A DNA stretch of 60,000 bases from Lytechinus pictus (lineage: Eukaryota). Position numbers and translations under genes: made by a program. Under the pieces are notes generated by a model, which was not told where the DNA came from, searched no databases, and worked only from the letters and a program-made list of their open reading frames with translations. Where the stretch lies: NCBI RefSeq assembly GCF_037042905.1, contig NC_087252.1, forward strand, positions 1,738,001 through 1,798,000. The letters are read 5' to 3'. Of the stretch, positions 48,801 to 59,245 are shown one piece after another (positions within the stretch are counted from its first letter, which is position 1; every line of letters begins with the position of its first letter).

Positions 48801-51800
48801 CCCGCTTCCGCCGCCTAAGTAATTAATACGCTTATTATTTCGACATAGCGATATATTCTATCTTGTCAAGTCGATATGTCCACATGGCGAGATATGAAGT
48901 GTACAAGTCCCGGCGAGAATCCCGATATATCGCTATGTTGACATGTAAGTCGACTTGGCAAGATTATCTCGCCATGTTGACATATAACTTTTTATAAGTG
49001 GACTGACTTGGCAGGATAACGTATCGCGCCATGCGGACATAATAAGCTTATTTATATAGTCGACATGGCAAGATAAAGTATCTCGCCATGTCGTCAAGTC
49101 GATGGCATTTTAGAGGCTCCGTATGGCGTCTAGAGGGTAAATTTCCGGGGGGGGGGGTAACAGTCCCTGACGATAAAAATATGGGGAAAATATTTTCCTT
49201 GAAGTAGATGTCAGGGGGAGATTGTCCTTTGGGTCATCGTTATAGAACCCCATGGACTCGTATCATTGGCCTTTTGACCTCTTGATGGCATTGGATCTCA
49301 CTATATCCTGATCATAATTTTACACACACCGCGGAATATCGGACCCGCGGTCTATCAGACCCGCGGACTATCGGACCCGCGGTCTATCGGACCCGCGGAC
49401 TATCGGACCCGCTGTCTATCGGACCCGCGGTCTATCGGGCTGTAACCGTTCATTTTTACCGAGCGCAATGAATTAAATCGTATCGTGACGTCACCTCCTA
49501 AAGCCGTGCAACGGTACATTTTGGACGGTACATTTTGGATGGTACGTCTTTTGTGCAACGGTACGAATGTTTGACAATCAGCCTCCCATTCGCTCGCGTA
49601 CAACAAGCTAAGTAGGCGTTGTACAATACATTTTGGATGGTACGTCTTTTGTGCAACGGTACGAATGTTTGACATTCAGCCTCCTATTTGCTCGCGTACA
49701 ACAAGCTAAGTAGGCGTTGTACAATATAGGAATAAACCCTTTGTTTTTTCACATTTTCGCTAAATTCCGAGGCGTTGTACAACACAAATAGCGAATATTC
49801 TTATTCGTGCAATGGTGCGAAATTTCGCATTCGGTGAAAGAAAGAAACGCTCTATTCAACTCGGCTAACGCCTCGTTGAATAGAGCATCTTTCTTTCACC
49901 TCATGCGAAATCTCGCACCATCGCACTCATGCCTATTCGCTATTTGCATATTGTGGGATTTTGCTTTTTGCTTTCCATATTTTTGCTCCCTTTTCATAGA
50001 TTACTGCAGGAAAAACTTTTTGTTTTTTCATAAATTCGCTAAACTCCGAGGCGTTGTACAACACAAATAGCGAATATTCTTATTCGTGCAATGGTGCGAG
50101 ATTTCGCATTCGGTGAAAGAAAGAAACACTATATTCAACTCGGCTAACGCCTCGTTGAATAGAGCATCTTTCTTTCACCTCATGCGAAATCTCGCACCAT
50201 CGCACTCATGCCTATTCGCTATTTGTATATTGTGACGTCACCTCCTAAAGCCGTGCAACCATGCGTGCAACGGTACATTTTGGATGGTACGTCTTTTGTG
50301 CAACGGTACGAATGTTTAACATTGATTCAGCCTCCCATTTGCTCACGTACAACAAGCTAAGTAGGCGTTGTACAATACAAAATAAAACTGATGGTTGATT
50401 TTGATTTTGACGACTTTTGTCCAGTCCGACACAAGTCACCCGCCTTTGCCCCCCATGTTCTTTTGCTCCCTAGTTTAAAAGGCCTGATGTCGCCACTGCC
50501 GCTGGGTTTTTTTTATCACAATTCCTTTAAAGAATGTATCGCCGTTTAATTTAATTTCCGATGATCATGAATGTGTTATATATTCTTATGATTTTGTTCG
50601 TGTTCTTCTGTATTCACTTAGAACAAAACACTATACAAATGAACATGATGAAAGAAAAGCGAGAAAGGGTTTTGGCCTACAAACCCCAGAGCAAGACCAC
50701 GCCTACTTCAGGTGAAATTGAGGAACCTCCGCCCATACACCTGGCTTTATTCGGCCTACAACTAGCTGGAAAGTCTGCCTTCATTAATTCTTTGTACTTT
50801 GCTGTGAAAGGTAGGCCTATGACAGGTTTGGAAAAAAAATGTGGATATAGGCCTGTCAAACAAATCTGTTTTATGGTTGTAACTTTCCCCCATATCCACT
50901 GTTTGCCAAATAATAACAACTTTTGTCAAGTGAAAATTATCATTTTGTAAAAATGTTTTAGATCAAAGTTTCACCTACATTTCAAGCTACATTTCAAGCA
51001 CATGCCCTGAAGAATGATTCTTCTCCTTTACGATGATACAATAATCATGAAATTTGATGTATATTTAGAGCAGCAATGACAGAATTGAATAAGGTGTTTA
51101 GTTACGCATCAAGCTCATCAAATATGCAAAACCTCTTTAGTCATAAATATCCGGGGGGCCGCGGGGGGGGGGGGGGGGGGATGGCAGTCAAACGTATTTA
51201 TATTCAAATTCCCTCCATTTGTGCAAAGAAAATTAATTGCTTTTCCTTTATAGAATCGATGTTAGTCCATCGTTAGACTGATGAATCGTACATGCATGCA
51301 TGATATTTTTTGTCAATCAGCTTTATCAATTTGAAATAAAAAATCTCCGGAATGGGTCGAATGTTTACTTTCTTGTTGAGTTTATAGGCAAGCGAGATAA
51401 TGAACTGAAAAATATCTCTGCTCTCTTTATTCACATATGAAAGCTATAATGTCTTTTTTTATCAAACAGGCGAATATTTGCATATCGCCGACGAATCAAA
51501 CGAAGAAAAACAGAGGACAGAGTGGAGAGAAGCTAAAACCCTGACTCCCTATATAAAAATATTGGATAATAAAGGTCTAGAGAATTACAACAATCACGTC
51601 ATTCCCGAACTCATGGAGGAGATCAGTAAGTCATCGTTGTTTTTTAAATTTTCTTTCAGGGGGGGGGGGGTGGCCTGTGGTGACAGTCGCCCCCAACACA
51701 AATCCAGACAGAACAAAGAAGAGGAGGGGGGGGGGTAACAGTGAGATAAGATGAGGGAAGAAACGTATTTTTGTGGGTTTTTCTTCATCTTTTTTCTCGA

Positions 51801-54800
51801 AAGAAAAAACAAGAGGAAGAAACAGAAAGAAAGAATTAAAGAAAGAAAGAAAAAAAAAGAACGAAAGAGTATACAAAACGAGATAACTGCGAAGGCGAGA
51901 CTTAGGGATCCAAATGTCGTCCGTCCGTCGTCTGTCTGTAATGACACAACTCCACAACCGTAAGTCGCTTTTCAACCAAACGTGGATGGTAGATGGACTT
52001 GGGGGACCAGCATGTTATGCTGCAGTCGGAGGTCACATGGTCAGTTCAAAGGTCATTTTCAGGTCAACGTTAAAGTTTACATGCAAGACTCTCTTATGAC
52101 ACCTAACTCTGCAACCGTATGTCACTTTTCAACCAAACTTGGATGGTAGATGGACTTAGGGGACCTGTATGTTAAGCTGCAGTCGGAGGTCACATGGTAA
52201 GGTCAAAGGTCATTTTAAGGTCAACGTTAAAGTTTGCATGCAAGACTCTCTCATGACACCTAACTCCGCAACGTACCGTTAGTCACTTTTCAACCAAAAT
52301 TGGATGGTAGATGGACTTGGTGGACCAGCATGTTATGCTGCAGTCGGAGGTCACATGGTAAGGTCAAAGGTCATTTTAGGTCAACGTTAAAGTTTACATG
52401 CAAGACTCTATTATGACACCTAACACTGCAACTGTAAGTCGCTTTTCAACCAAACTTGGATGGTGGATTGACTTGGGGGACCTGCATGTTAGGCTGCAAT
52501 CGGAGGTCACGTGGTAAGGTCAAAGGCCATTTTCATGTCAATGTTAAAGTTTACATGCAAGACTCCCTTATGACACCTAACTCCGCAACCGTTAGTCACT
52601 TTTCAACCAAACTTGGATGGTAGATGGACTTGGGGGACCTGCCTGTTATGCTGCAGTCGGAGGTCACATGGTAAGGTCAAAGGTCATTTTCAGGTCAACG
52701 TTAAAGTTTACATGGAAGACTCTGTTATGACACCTAACTCTGCAACCGTAAGTCGCTTTTCAACCAAACTTGGATGGTAGATGGACTTGGGGGACCTGCA
52801 TGTTATGCTGCAGTCGGAGGTCACATGGTAAGGTCAAAGGTCATTTTCATGTCAACGTTAAAGTTTACATGCAAGACTCTATTATGACACCTAACTCTGC
52901 AACCGTAAGTCGCTTTTCAACCAAACTTGGATGGTGGATGGACTTGGGGGACCTGTATCTTATGCTGCAGTCGGAGGTCACATGATAACGTCAAAGGTCA
53001 TTTTAGGTCAACGTTAAAGTTTACATGGAAGACTCTCTTATGACACCTAACTCCGCAACCGTTAGTCACTTTTCAACCAAACTTGGATGCTAGATGGACT
53101 TTGGGGACCTGCATGTTATGCTGCAGTCGGAGGTCACATGGTAAGGTCAAAGGTCATTTTCAGATCAACATTAAAGTTTACATGCAAGACTCACTTATGA
53201 CACCTAACTCCGCAACCGTTAGTCACTTTTCAACCAAACTTGGATGCTAGATGGACTTTGGGGACCTGCATGTTATGCTGCAGTCGGAGGTCACATGGTA
53301 AGGTCAAAGGTCATTTTCAGATCAACATTAAAGTTTACGTGCAAGGCTCTTATGACAAGTGTTTATCATCCCAGTCATTTCACAATGAAGTTTTGATACA
53401 ATTCTGTTCGTGCCCTCGCAAATCACGATATTTCTGGTTATTTTCATAAGTGGGCGAGACACAAAATCGCTTTTGCCTTGTCTTTGGTAAAATGGGCACT
53501 GATTTGAGAAAGCCCACTACATGTATAAAAAGGCAAGGGGCACTTTCTCACACGTAAAACGTGTCCTTCTCAGGTTTAAGGGGCACAGTACACGTTCGTA
53601 AGTGGGGATTTGGGGTAAAATAGGCACTCATATGAGAAATGGCACTTGCTAACACAAAAAATGGGTCATAATCAGGTCTAAGGGGCACAAAACGTGTGAA
53701 CTCGAGAGGGGGCATTTTTTGTAAAAATTGGTACTTATGCGAAAAGGGTAACACCTAAACGAGTCGTCCTCAGGTGAAAGGGGCACAGTACACGTTTGTG
53801 TGGGGGCACTTTTCTTGCATAAAAATGGCACTTTTCTTGCGTAAAAAGAGCACCTTTTCACTGCTTCAAAAAGAGTGGGGGGGGGGGGGGGTGCACTGTG
53901 CCCCCGGCCCATAGGATCGTCGCCCCAGGAAATCTGATTTTTTTTTTTTAAATGGTCACCCCCCACATTCAAACCGTCACATTATCAGTCCGAACATTTC
54001 GCACGATGTTTTGGAATTTAACGGACATGACCGAATATTGATGTTTTCTTTATTTTACTTATTTATCTATTCATTTATTTATTGTTATTTTGTAAAATAT
54101 TCATTCATTCGTACATCCATCCATTAATTAATTAATTAGTTAATAATTAATTAATTCATTAATTTCTTCCTTCTTTCCTTCCTTCCTTCCTTCCTCCCTT
54201 CCTCCCTCCATTCATTCATTCATTCATTCATCCACCCATCATCTATTCCTTCCTTCCTTCCCTCCATCCTTCGTCCCTTCGTCCCTTCGTTCATTCATTC
54301 ATTCATTCATTCATTCATTCATTCATTCATCCACCCATCATCTATTCCTTCCTTCCTTCCTTCGTTCCTTCCATCCTTCGTCCCTTCATTCATTCATCCA
54401 CCCATCATCTATTCCTTCCTTCCTTCCTCCCTCCCTCCCTCCATTCATTCATTAATTCATTCATTCATCCACCCATAACCTATTCCTTCCTTCCTTCCAT
54501 CCTTCGTCCCTTCATTCATTCATTCATTCATCCACCCATCATCTATTCCTTCCTTTCTTCCTTCCTTCCTTCCTTTCTTCCTTCCTCCCTTCCTTCCTTC
54601 CCTTCCTTCCTTCCATTCATTCATTCATTCAATTATAAGTTTTAAAATGTTTAATGCATCCTGGCAATAATAACGCAATGCTTTCGTTTTAATTGCTTTT
54701 GGAAATTTCTATTTCTGAATTTGGTTTCCTATTATAGTATAACAAATCTCTCTTGCTCTCTCCTTACAATATTTGTATTCGTATTTTATAGGAGGAAGGA

Positions 54801-56038
54801 GAGGACAAGTCCCACAAATAGTGGTACAAAACGGCAAAATCGTTGATTGTCCAATTCTGATCTGTAATTTCAGGTAAATATATTTTTATAGCGATTATTT
54901 TGATGATCATTATATTTTTATAGCGATTATTTTGATGATCATTATATTTTTGATGATTATTTACTGTAGCAAATTTTCCATATTCCATTATTTTCATTTT
55001 ATTACCAATCGGACTATTTTCCAAGGATATAAAGTTTGGTAGCAACTTGAGAAAAATCACTTGCTCTATATATCTCACATAATATAAATTGTTTTGTGTT
55101 AGTTATTGACGGCATTGAATCATATTTATACCGTAGTAAAAAGAATAATACAAAATTAACACAAACCGAATTCTTTCTAATCTTATAGTGGAGAGAGTCG
55201 TGGTGATAAAGCTGCCGCGAATTTTATTTCGGAGTTTTCAAAGGAAGTTCATAAACTACTTGGTGAGTATAGTAACACCAGCGTATCTGATAATTAATAA
55301 CGATGCTGCAGGCCGAATTAACTCAAACTTGATTATTTTATCATAAAGTCAAAACAAATGTTTTTTCCCTCAACAATAAAAATATGACCTATATCTGGCG
55401 TTCCATCACCTCTACTGTGTATTTTTCGCGAATAAAAAAATAAAATCAGTAAACAGGTAAAAAGGGTCCAGAACTAGATCGATCACTGGCGTCCCAAAAT
55501 TGATTTCAATGAAGTTAACATTGTTTTGAGACCAAATTATGAGGCACCTTAATTTTTTTTATCGGAATAGTAACTAACAAATATTGTACCTAAAATTATA
55601 AAAAAAGATACATATCATCATTTTTTTTTTAATTCGAACACGATCGAACAGTAAAACGTGCAGAGCAAATTAAATGCGTTTAATAAATTTCGTTTATCTT
55701 TAGGTCGACGTTTGGTCGTTGTTTTGACACACAAGGATGAATTGGCTACGGAGGATGATGGAATAGATATGAGAAACTGGCTTGTCAAAGAGTGTGAAAT
55801 ACCAGCTCGTCATGTGTGGATCTTTGAAAACTACACTCAAGAAAACCACGAGGAGAACGTCATAAAGACTAATGAACTTCTAGACTTTCTATTGAGATGT
55901 GTTGAGCTGGCGGAACTAAACATCATCTTCAGACACACGAACGAAACCCAAACGCTCCCCAAACGCGCCAGTGGAAATGTGTTATTTCCTAAGCGTTTCC
56001 CCCTTGTAAATGAACTTTATGAATATTTTGCATTATGA
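33702..56038 (+). CDS. Type I membrane protein: signal peptide, 2 Ig-like domains, TM, cytoplasmic IFI44-like P-loop GTPase (~571 aa, 10 exons)
   Basis: Join 33702-33873, 34575-34775, 35617-35982, 36893-37006, 37355-37381, 50622-50810, 51470-51625, 54792-54873, 55189-55262, 55704-56038 = 1716 nt, all GT-AG and phase-consistent, no internal stop. Confidence 0.72.
34575..34775 (+). CDS. Exon 2: C-half of IgV domain
   Basis: aag|GESLQ...FSLLFEHPGISDTGRYYCRVSN...DLTVL G|gtgagg; DxGxYxC motif. Confidence 0.9.
34784..35027. mobile_element. CACTG-ended (CMC/EnSpm-like) MITE, TA TSD
   Basis: ta-cactgttaaaa...tttttgctgtg-ta with repeated aacacc motifs. Confidence 0.7.
35617..35982 (+). CDS. Exon 3: second Ig-like (C2/CD80-type) domain
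   Basis: LDCIVEGARQPVLLTW...DGTY...LICLAQG; ttaag acceptor, g|gtatgt donor. Confidence 0.88.
36568..36726. mobile_element. Small intronic inverted-repeat element
   Basis: ccccactcatcctcattgccca ... tgggcaatgaggatgagtgggg arms. Confidence 0.6.
36893..37006 (+). CDS. Exon 4: transmembrane helix plus basic stop-transfer
   Basis: DPSTVGIVLGVIFILVVISALVAFIVWKRFIRGSRENK; cag acceptor, g|gtaaaa donor. Confidence 0.9.
37355..37381 (+). CDS. Putative micro-exon 5 (GEESQEKLL)
   Basis: Good g|gtatgt donor, phase 1-1; acceptor uncertain (aag at 37354, or a mutated caa at 37339). Confidence 0.5.
38136..39072. mobile_element. TTAA-targeted (Kolobok-like) non-autonomous element
   Basis: TTAA-ggacgttccacagt...actgtggaacgtcc-TTAA; empty site gaaTTAAatcg at ~49471. 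Confidence 0.85.
39681..39713. mobile_element. 33-bp perfect palindrome with 7-bp TSD (putative P-superfamily excision footprint)
   Basis: CTTTTAG-[catggacctactactc a gagtagtaggtccatg]-CTTTTAG. Confidence 0.8.
40190..40850 (-). mobile_element. L2 LINE 3' fragment with intact tail
   Basis: ORF 40342..40908 HALISSRLDFSNSL...LQRLQNSAARLL...LHWLPV...FKSRLKTYL; tail aagcgccatgagcacc...gcgctatataag(ATT)n. Confidence 0.9.
44923..46134. mobile_element. hAT-like MITE, perfect 8-bp TSD
   Basis: TATACCTA-cagtggcgta...ttacgccactg-TATACCTA. Confidence 0.85.
45263..45360 (+). mobile_element. 98-bp retroposon 3' tail insertion
   Basis: ACCAT-[ggacccctcagaagaacagcctgtggctg...(AAAT)n]-ACCAT. Confidence 0.7.
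48417..49123. mobile_element. TIR MITE (tacggagcc...ggctccgta) with a nested G-rich element at ~48490-48817
   Basis: ~40-bp inverted ends; internal gacatggcgaga repeats. Confidence 0.7.
50622..50810 (+). CDS. Exon 6: GTPase G1/P-loop
   Basis: IHLALFGLQLAGKSAFINS; ttag acceptor, g|gtaggc donor. Confidence 0.88.
51470..51625 (+). CDS. Exon 7: G2 (RT) and G3 (DNKG)
   Basis: QRTEW...IKILDNKGL; cag acceptor, a|gtaagt donor. Confidence 0.87.
51878..53485 (+). mobile_element. Helentron-associated (HINE/Tsp-like) element with 9 tandem ~157-bp repeats in intron 7
   Basis: ggcgagac subterminal motif, (GTCC/GTCT)n, unit starts at ~51941, 52096, 52253, 52413, 52570, 52727, 52884, 53040, 53197; 3' gggcgagac...gccttgtcttt. 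Confidence 0.82.
54100..54630. repeat. Compound (TTCC)n/(TTCA)n microsatellite with higher-order repeats
   Basis: Visible; recurring atccacccatcatctattcc spacer. Confidence 0.9.
54792..54873 (+). CDS. Exon 8 of GTPase domain
   Basis: RGRRGQ...IVDCPILICNF; tag acceptor, ag|gtaaat donor; phase 1-2. Confidence 0.8.
55189..55262 (+). CDS. Exon 9 of GTPase domain
   Basis: SGESRGDKAAANFISEFSKEVHKLL; g|gtgagt donor; phase 2-1. Confidence 0.8.
55704..56038 (+). CDS. Terminal exon 10: G4 (THKD) and IFENYT motif
   Basis: GRRLVVVLTHKDEL...VWIFENYTQE...LLDFL...TGA; AATAAA at ~56087. Confidence 0.87.
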
Positions 56039-56670
56039 CATCAATATTTTCGATGATTGTTGAATAATGTACATAGGACTATACCCAATAAAAAAATGGG
56101 GAGGATATATAGAATGATATTGTTTTCCACCGTTTTTTATAAACACTGTCACTATTACTTTTTCAAGGGGTTTCTTCCAATCTTTTCGTTTTTAGAGTGG
56201 ATTTTTTTCCTTCATTTTTTGGTTTGTGTTATAACCATGAAATTTGCAGACGTTTTGAGCCCTGGACGGATCGATGGTTTAATAAATTATGCTGTATAAT
56301 TTGTTCTATTATTACCTGGATGTAATTTAAAAATTTGAACAAAATCTTAAAATGGTAAAAAGTCCCTTTTTTTCTTTTACGATGGTATCTACATGTAGTA
56401 TTCATTTTTAACTGTAAATCTGAAAAAAAAAGAGAATCGAGGGATTTTCAACCTTCTGATGGCAGTTATCTTTTGGTAATATTAACAGAGACTAGGTTGA
56501 CGAGTGTTGCTGGAGTGGGAAGGTCATGTTGACTTGGTTCAGTTCAACATAAAAATAAACAAATAACGACAAAAGAAAGACACATTTGACCTTTCATGAA
56601 AATTTATAAAAGAATAAGTCTTGACCTATTAAAATTCTCAATTTTGTGATAAGGCGCTAGATGTTATTAA

Positions 56671-57252
56671 AGGACAAGTCCACCCCTGATAAAAGTTGAT
56701 TTGAATAAAAGGAGAAAATCCAATAAGCATAACACTGAAAATTTCATCAAAATCAGATGTAAAAGTTATGGTATTTAAAAGTTTCGCTTACTTTCAAAAT
56801 ACAGTCAATATGTACATCCTTGTCGGTATGCAAATGAGGGAACTGATGACGTCATCCACTCACTATTTCTTTTGTATTTTGTTATATGAAATATTCTAAT
56901 TTTCCCCTCATTGTTCTGTGAAACAAAGTTTTATTCATCCCTGAACATGTTGAATTACCATTATTTTATGGTTCAGTCAAGTCGGTCATTATTGTAAAAT
57001 CTGTAAAATTGGAAATATTGTATAATTCAAACAATAAAAAACACAAAAGAAATTGTGAGTGATGGACATCGACCTTCTCATTTGCATGTCACTGAGTTGT
57101 GCATATAACTGTTTTGTAAAAAATAAGCGAAACTTTAAAATGTCATAACTTTATTTTATATCCGATTTTGATGAAATATTCAGTGTTATGCTTGAATGTT
57201 TGATTTATCTCTATTTATTCAAATCAACAGTTTTCTGGGCTGGACTTGACCT
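56671..57252. mobile_element. Kolobok-like MITE (third copy), TTAA TSD
   Basis: TTAA-aggacaagtccacc...tggacttgacct-TTAA. Confidence 0.88.
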
Positions 57253-57378
57253 TTAAGTAACTCCTTTATAATTATATACTAGTAATGTAAAATCCACAAA
57301 TTGTTTCTTGTGGTGTGTAAGTTGAGGGGGAAGTTCATCCTGTTGTACATGCTTTTTAACAGAAAGCCCAAGAATTAA

Positions 57379-57665
57379 GTGGAGCGTTGTGGCCCAGTGG
57401 ATTAGTCTTCTGACTTTGAAACAGAGGGTCGTGGGTTCGAATCCCAGCCATGGCGTAATTTCCTTCAGCAAGAAATTTATCCACATTGTGCTGCACTCAA
57501 TCCAGGTGAGGTGAATGGGTACCCGGCAGGATTAATTTCTTGAATGCATGAGCGCTGAAAGGCAGCTCAAGCTAAAGCCGGGGTATTAATAATAATGATA
57601 ACATCGCGCCTCGGAATATATTTCTAGATAGATGGCGCTATATAAATGCCTATTATTATTATTAA
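57379..57665 (+). mobile_element. Full-length tRNA-derived SINE with conserved central core and L2-like tail
   Basis: A box TGGCCCAGTGG, B box GGTTCGAATCC, core ccaggtg..aatgggtac, tail gcgctatataaatgcc(TAT)n. Confidence 0.88.
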
Positions 57666-58239
57666 TATATTAGTGACGAAAGTCCATCAACGAATACCAT
57701 CTCATGCGAGAAACTGTCCCATAATACCCACTTTATACAAATCCCATCAAATGTCATTTTCTCAGAAAATAAAAAATGTTTTAACTTGTGTATTCAATGT
57801 ATCCCATGAAACATCATTTCCTAGCTGAAAGAGAAATATTGTCAGTCATCATGAACCATTGAACCACTCTTGAATGTACTGCACAAGTAAATGAGGGTGT
57901 GCGTATGTGGGGGGGGGGGGTGTACACCATTGTGTTTCATTGTTAATTATGGAAAGCAAATTTCCATTTTTATTACATTGTATTGTTCAATCTTTTTATG
58001 TGCACGTACATGTATAGTTGTAAATGTAATGTATTCGTTTGTAAGGGGATAACCCAGATAAGTAGGCCTACTTTTACTTTTGTTATCCACCACTGTAAAT
58101 ATACATATAGGCCTACATACTGGTTTTGTACTCATTTTAATTAAAATGACTGTTGAATTCAATAATCAAAATCAAAATAATTTACATAAAATGGTATATG
58201 ACTATTCGCCAAGTGCTTGCTCATGCATGACACCACATG

Positions 58240-58683
58240 CAGTTGTGCTAATAAGTTAGTGAACCCCACCATAAAATACACTCTTTCATGCTAAGTGTTG
58301 AATGTAAACAACTCTACACTGCAAAAACACCGGTGTTGATTTAACACCAGCTCGGAATCTGTATATGTCCACACCAGAAAAGTGTTAAACACCAGTTTCG
58401 TTTTGGTCTAACACCAGGAAGGTGTTTATACAACACCAATTAGTATTTGTTTCCAAACTGGTGTTGTTTCAATACTTCTCTGGTGTGGACATATATAGAT
58501 TCTGGGCTGGTGTTAAATCAACACCGGAGTTTTTGCAATGTACAATGTCCAGTGATTCCAGAGAAACAAACTTTATTGAATTTTATCACCAGACTTCACT
58601 ATTAAGTATTTAAAACGTGGCAGAATTTGAGCACCTGAATTCTGCTATTTTTGGTGGGGTTCACTAACTTTTGAGCACAACTG
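58240..58683. mobile_element. Tc1/mariner-like MITE with nested CACTG-ended MITE (58317-58540)
   Basis: cagttgtgct...agttagtgaacccc / ggggttcactaac...agcacaactg-ta; inner ta-cactgcaaaaac...gtttttgcaatg-ta. Confidence 0.75.
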
Positions 58684-59009
58684 TATTAATATTTGAGGTA
58701 CATGTATGATCAAATTATCTGAATCTATACCCTCCTCTATCCCTCTCATCATGATTTTGGAAGCTTCCTATTAGCCTCCTCAAAAGTAAATAAATAAATA
58801 AATAGCCATAAGTAATGCATATTAATGTTTTTCAACTTATGGATGATTAATAAATAAAACAACATGCATAAACAAATGAGTACAGTTTCATTCTTTCATA
58901 TTGTCTGTTTATTGATATAATATATTTCAAAGATTTTGTCAACATGATCAGGATTTATTGGATTATCAATACAGGGTTTCACAAGAAAGATGCAAACAAA
59001 TCAACAAAT

Positions 59010-59245
59010 ATAATAATAACGATAATATGTCCATTTATATAGCGCAGTTACTATGTGCATATACTCAACTGCGCTTTGATACTTGGTATCATATTATTAC
59101 CCCAGCTGTAGCTGAGCCGCCATATTAATAGGCGCTAAAGCATTCAAGGAATAAATCCTACCAGGTACCCATTCACCTCACCTGGGTGGAGTGCAGCACA
59201 ATGTGGATAAATTTCTTGCCAAAGGAAATTACGCCATGGCTGGGA
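59010..59245 (-). mobile_element. 5'-truncated copy of the same SINE family
   Basis: Reverse complement of the core at 57444-57520; different L2-type tail. Confidence 0.82.

Larger units (their letters stand above)
42190..49447. mobile_element. MULE/Rehavkus-like element with subterminal 16-bp tandem repeats, 8-bp TSD
   Basis: ggggacatcccgatag(accgcgggtccgatag)n ... (ctatcggacccgcgg)n ctatcgggctgtaacc; GTTCATTT both sides. Confidence 0.78.
37767..50230. mobile_element. Compound nest of an unclassified non-autonomous element with ~200-bp inverted modules (5 module copies) in intron 5
   Basis: Module ggcatgagtgcgatggtgcgagatttcgc... forward at 37785 and 41863, reversed at ~39400-39590, 49745-49950 and 50030-50230. 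Confidence 0.75.

Noticed and set aside
51941..53351. Regular array resembling CRISPR (also 31380-32300, 42200-42258, 49330-49440)
   Set aside because: Units are whole tandem repeats with no unique spacers, there are no cas genes, and the context is eukaryotic TE
57379..57452. Functional tRNA-Gln gene
   Set aside because: Continues into a SINE core and LINE-like tail found in other copies; it is a SINE head
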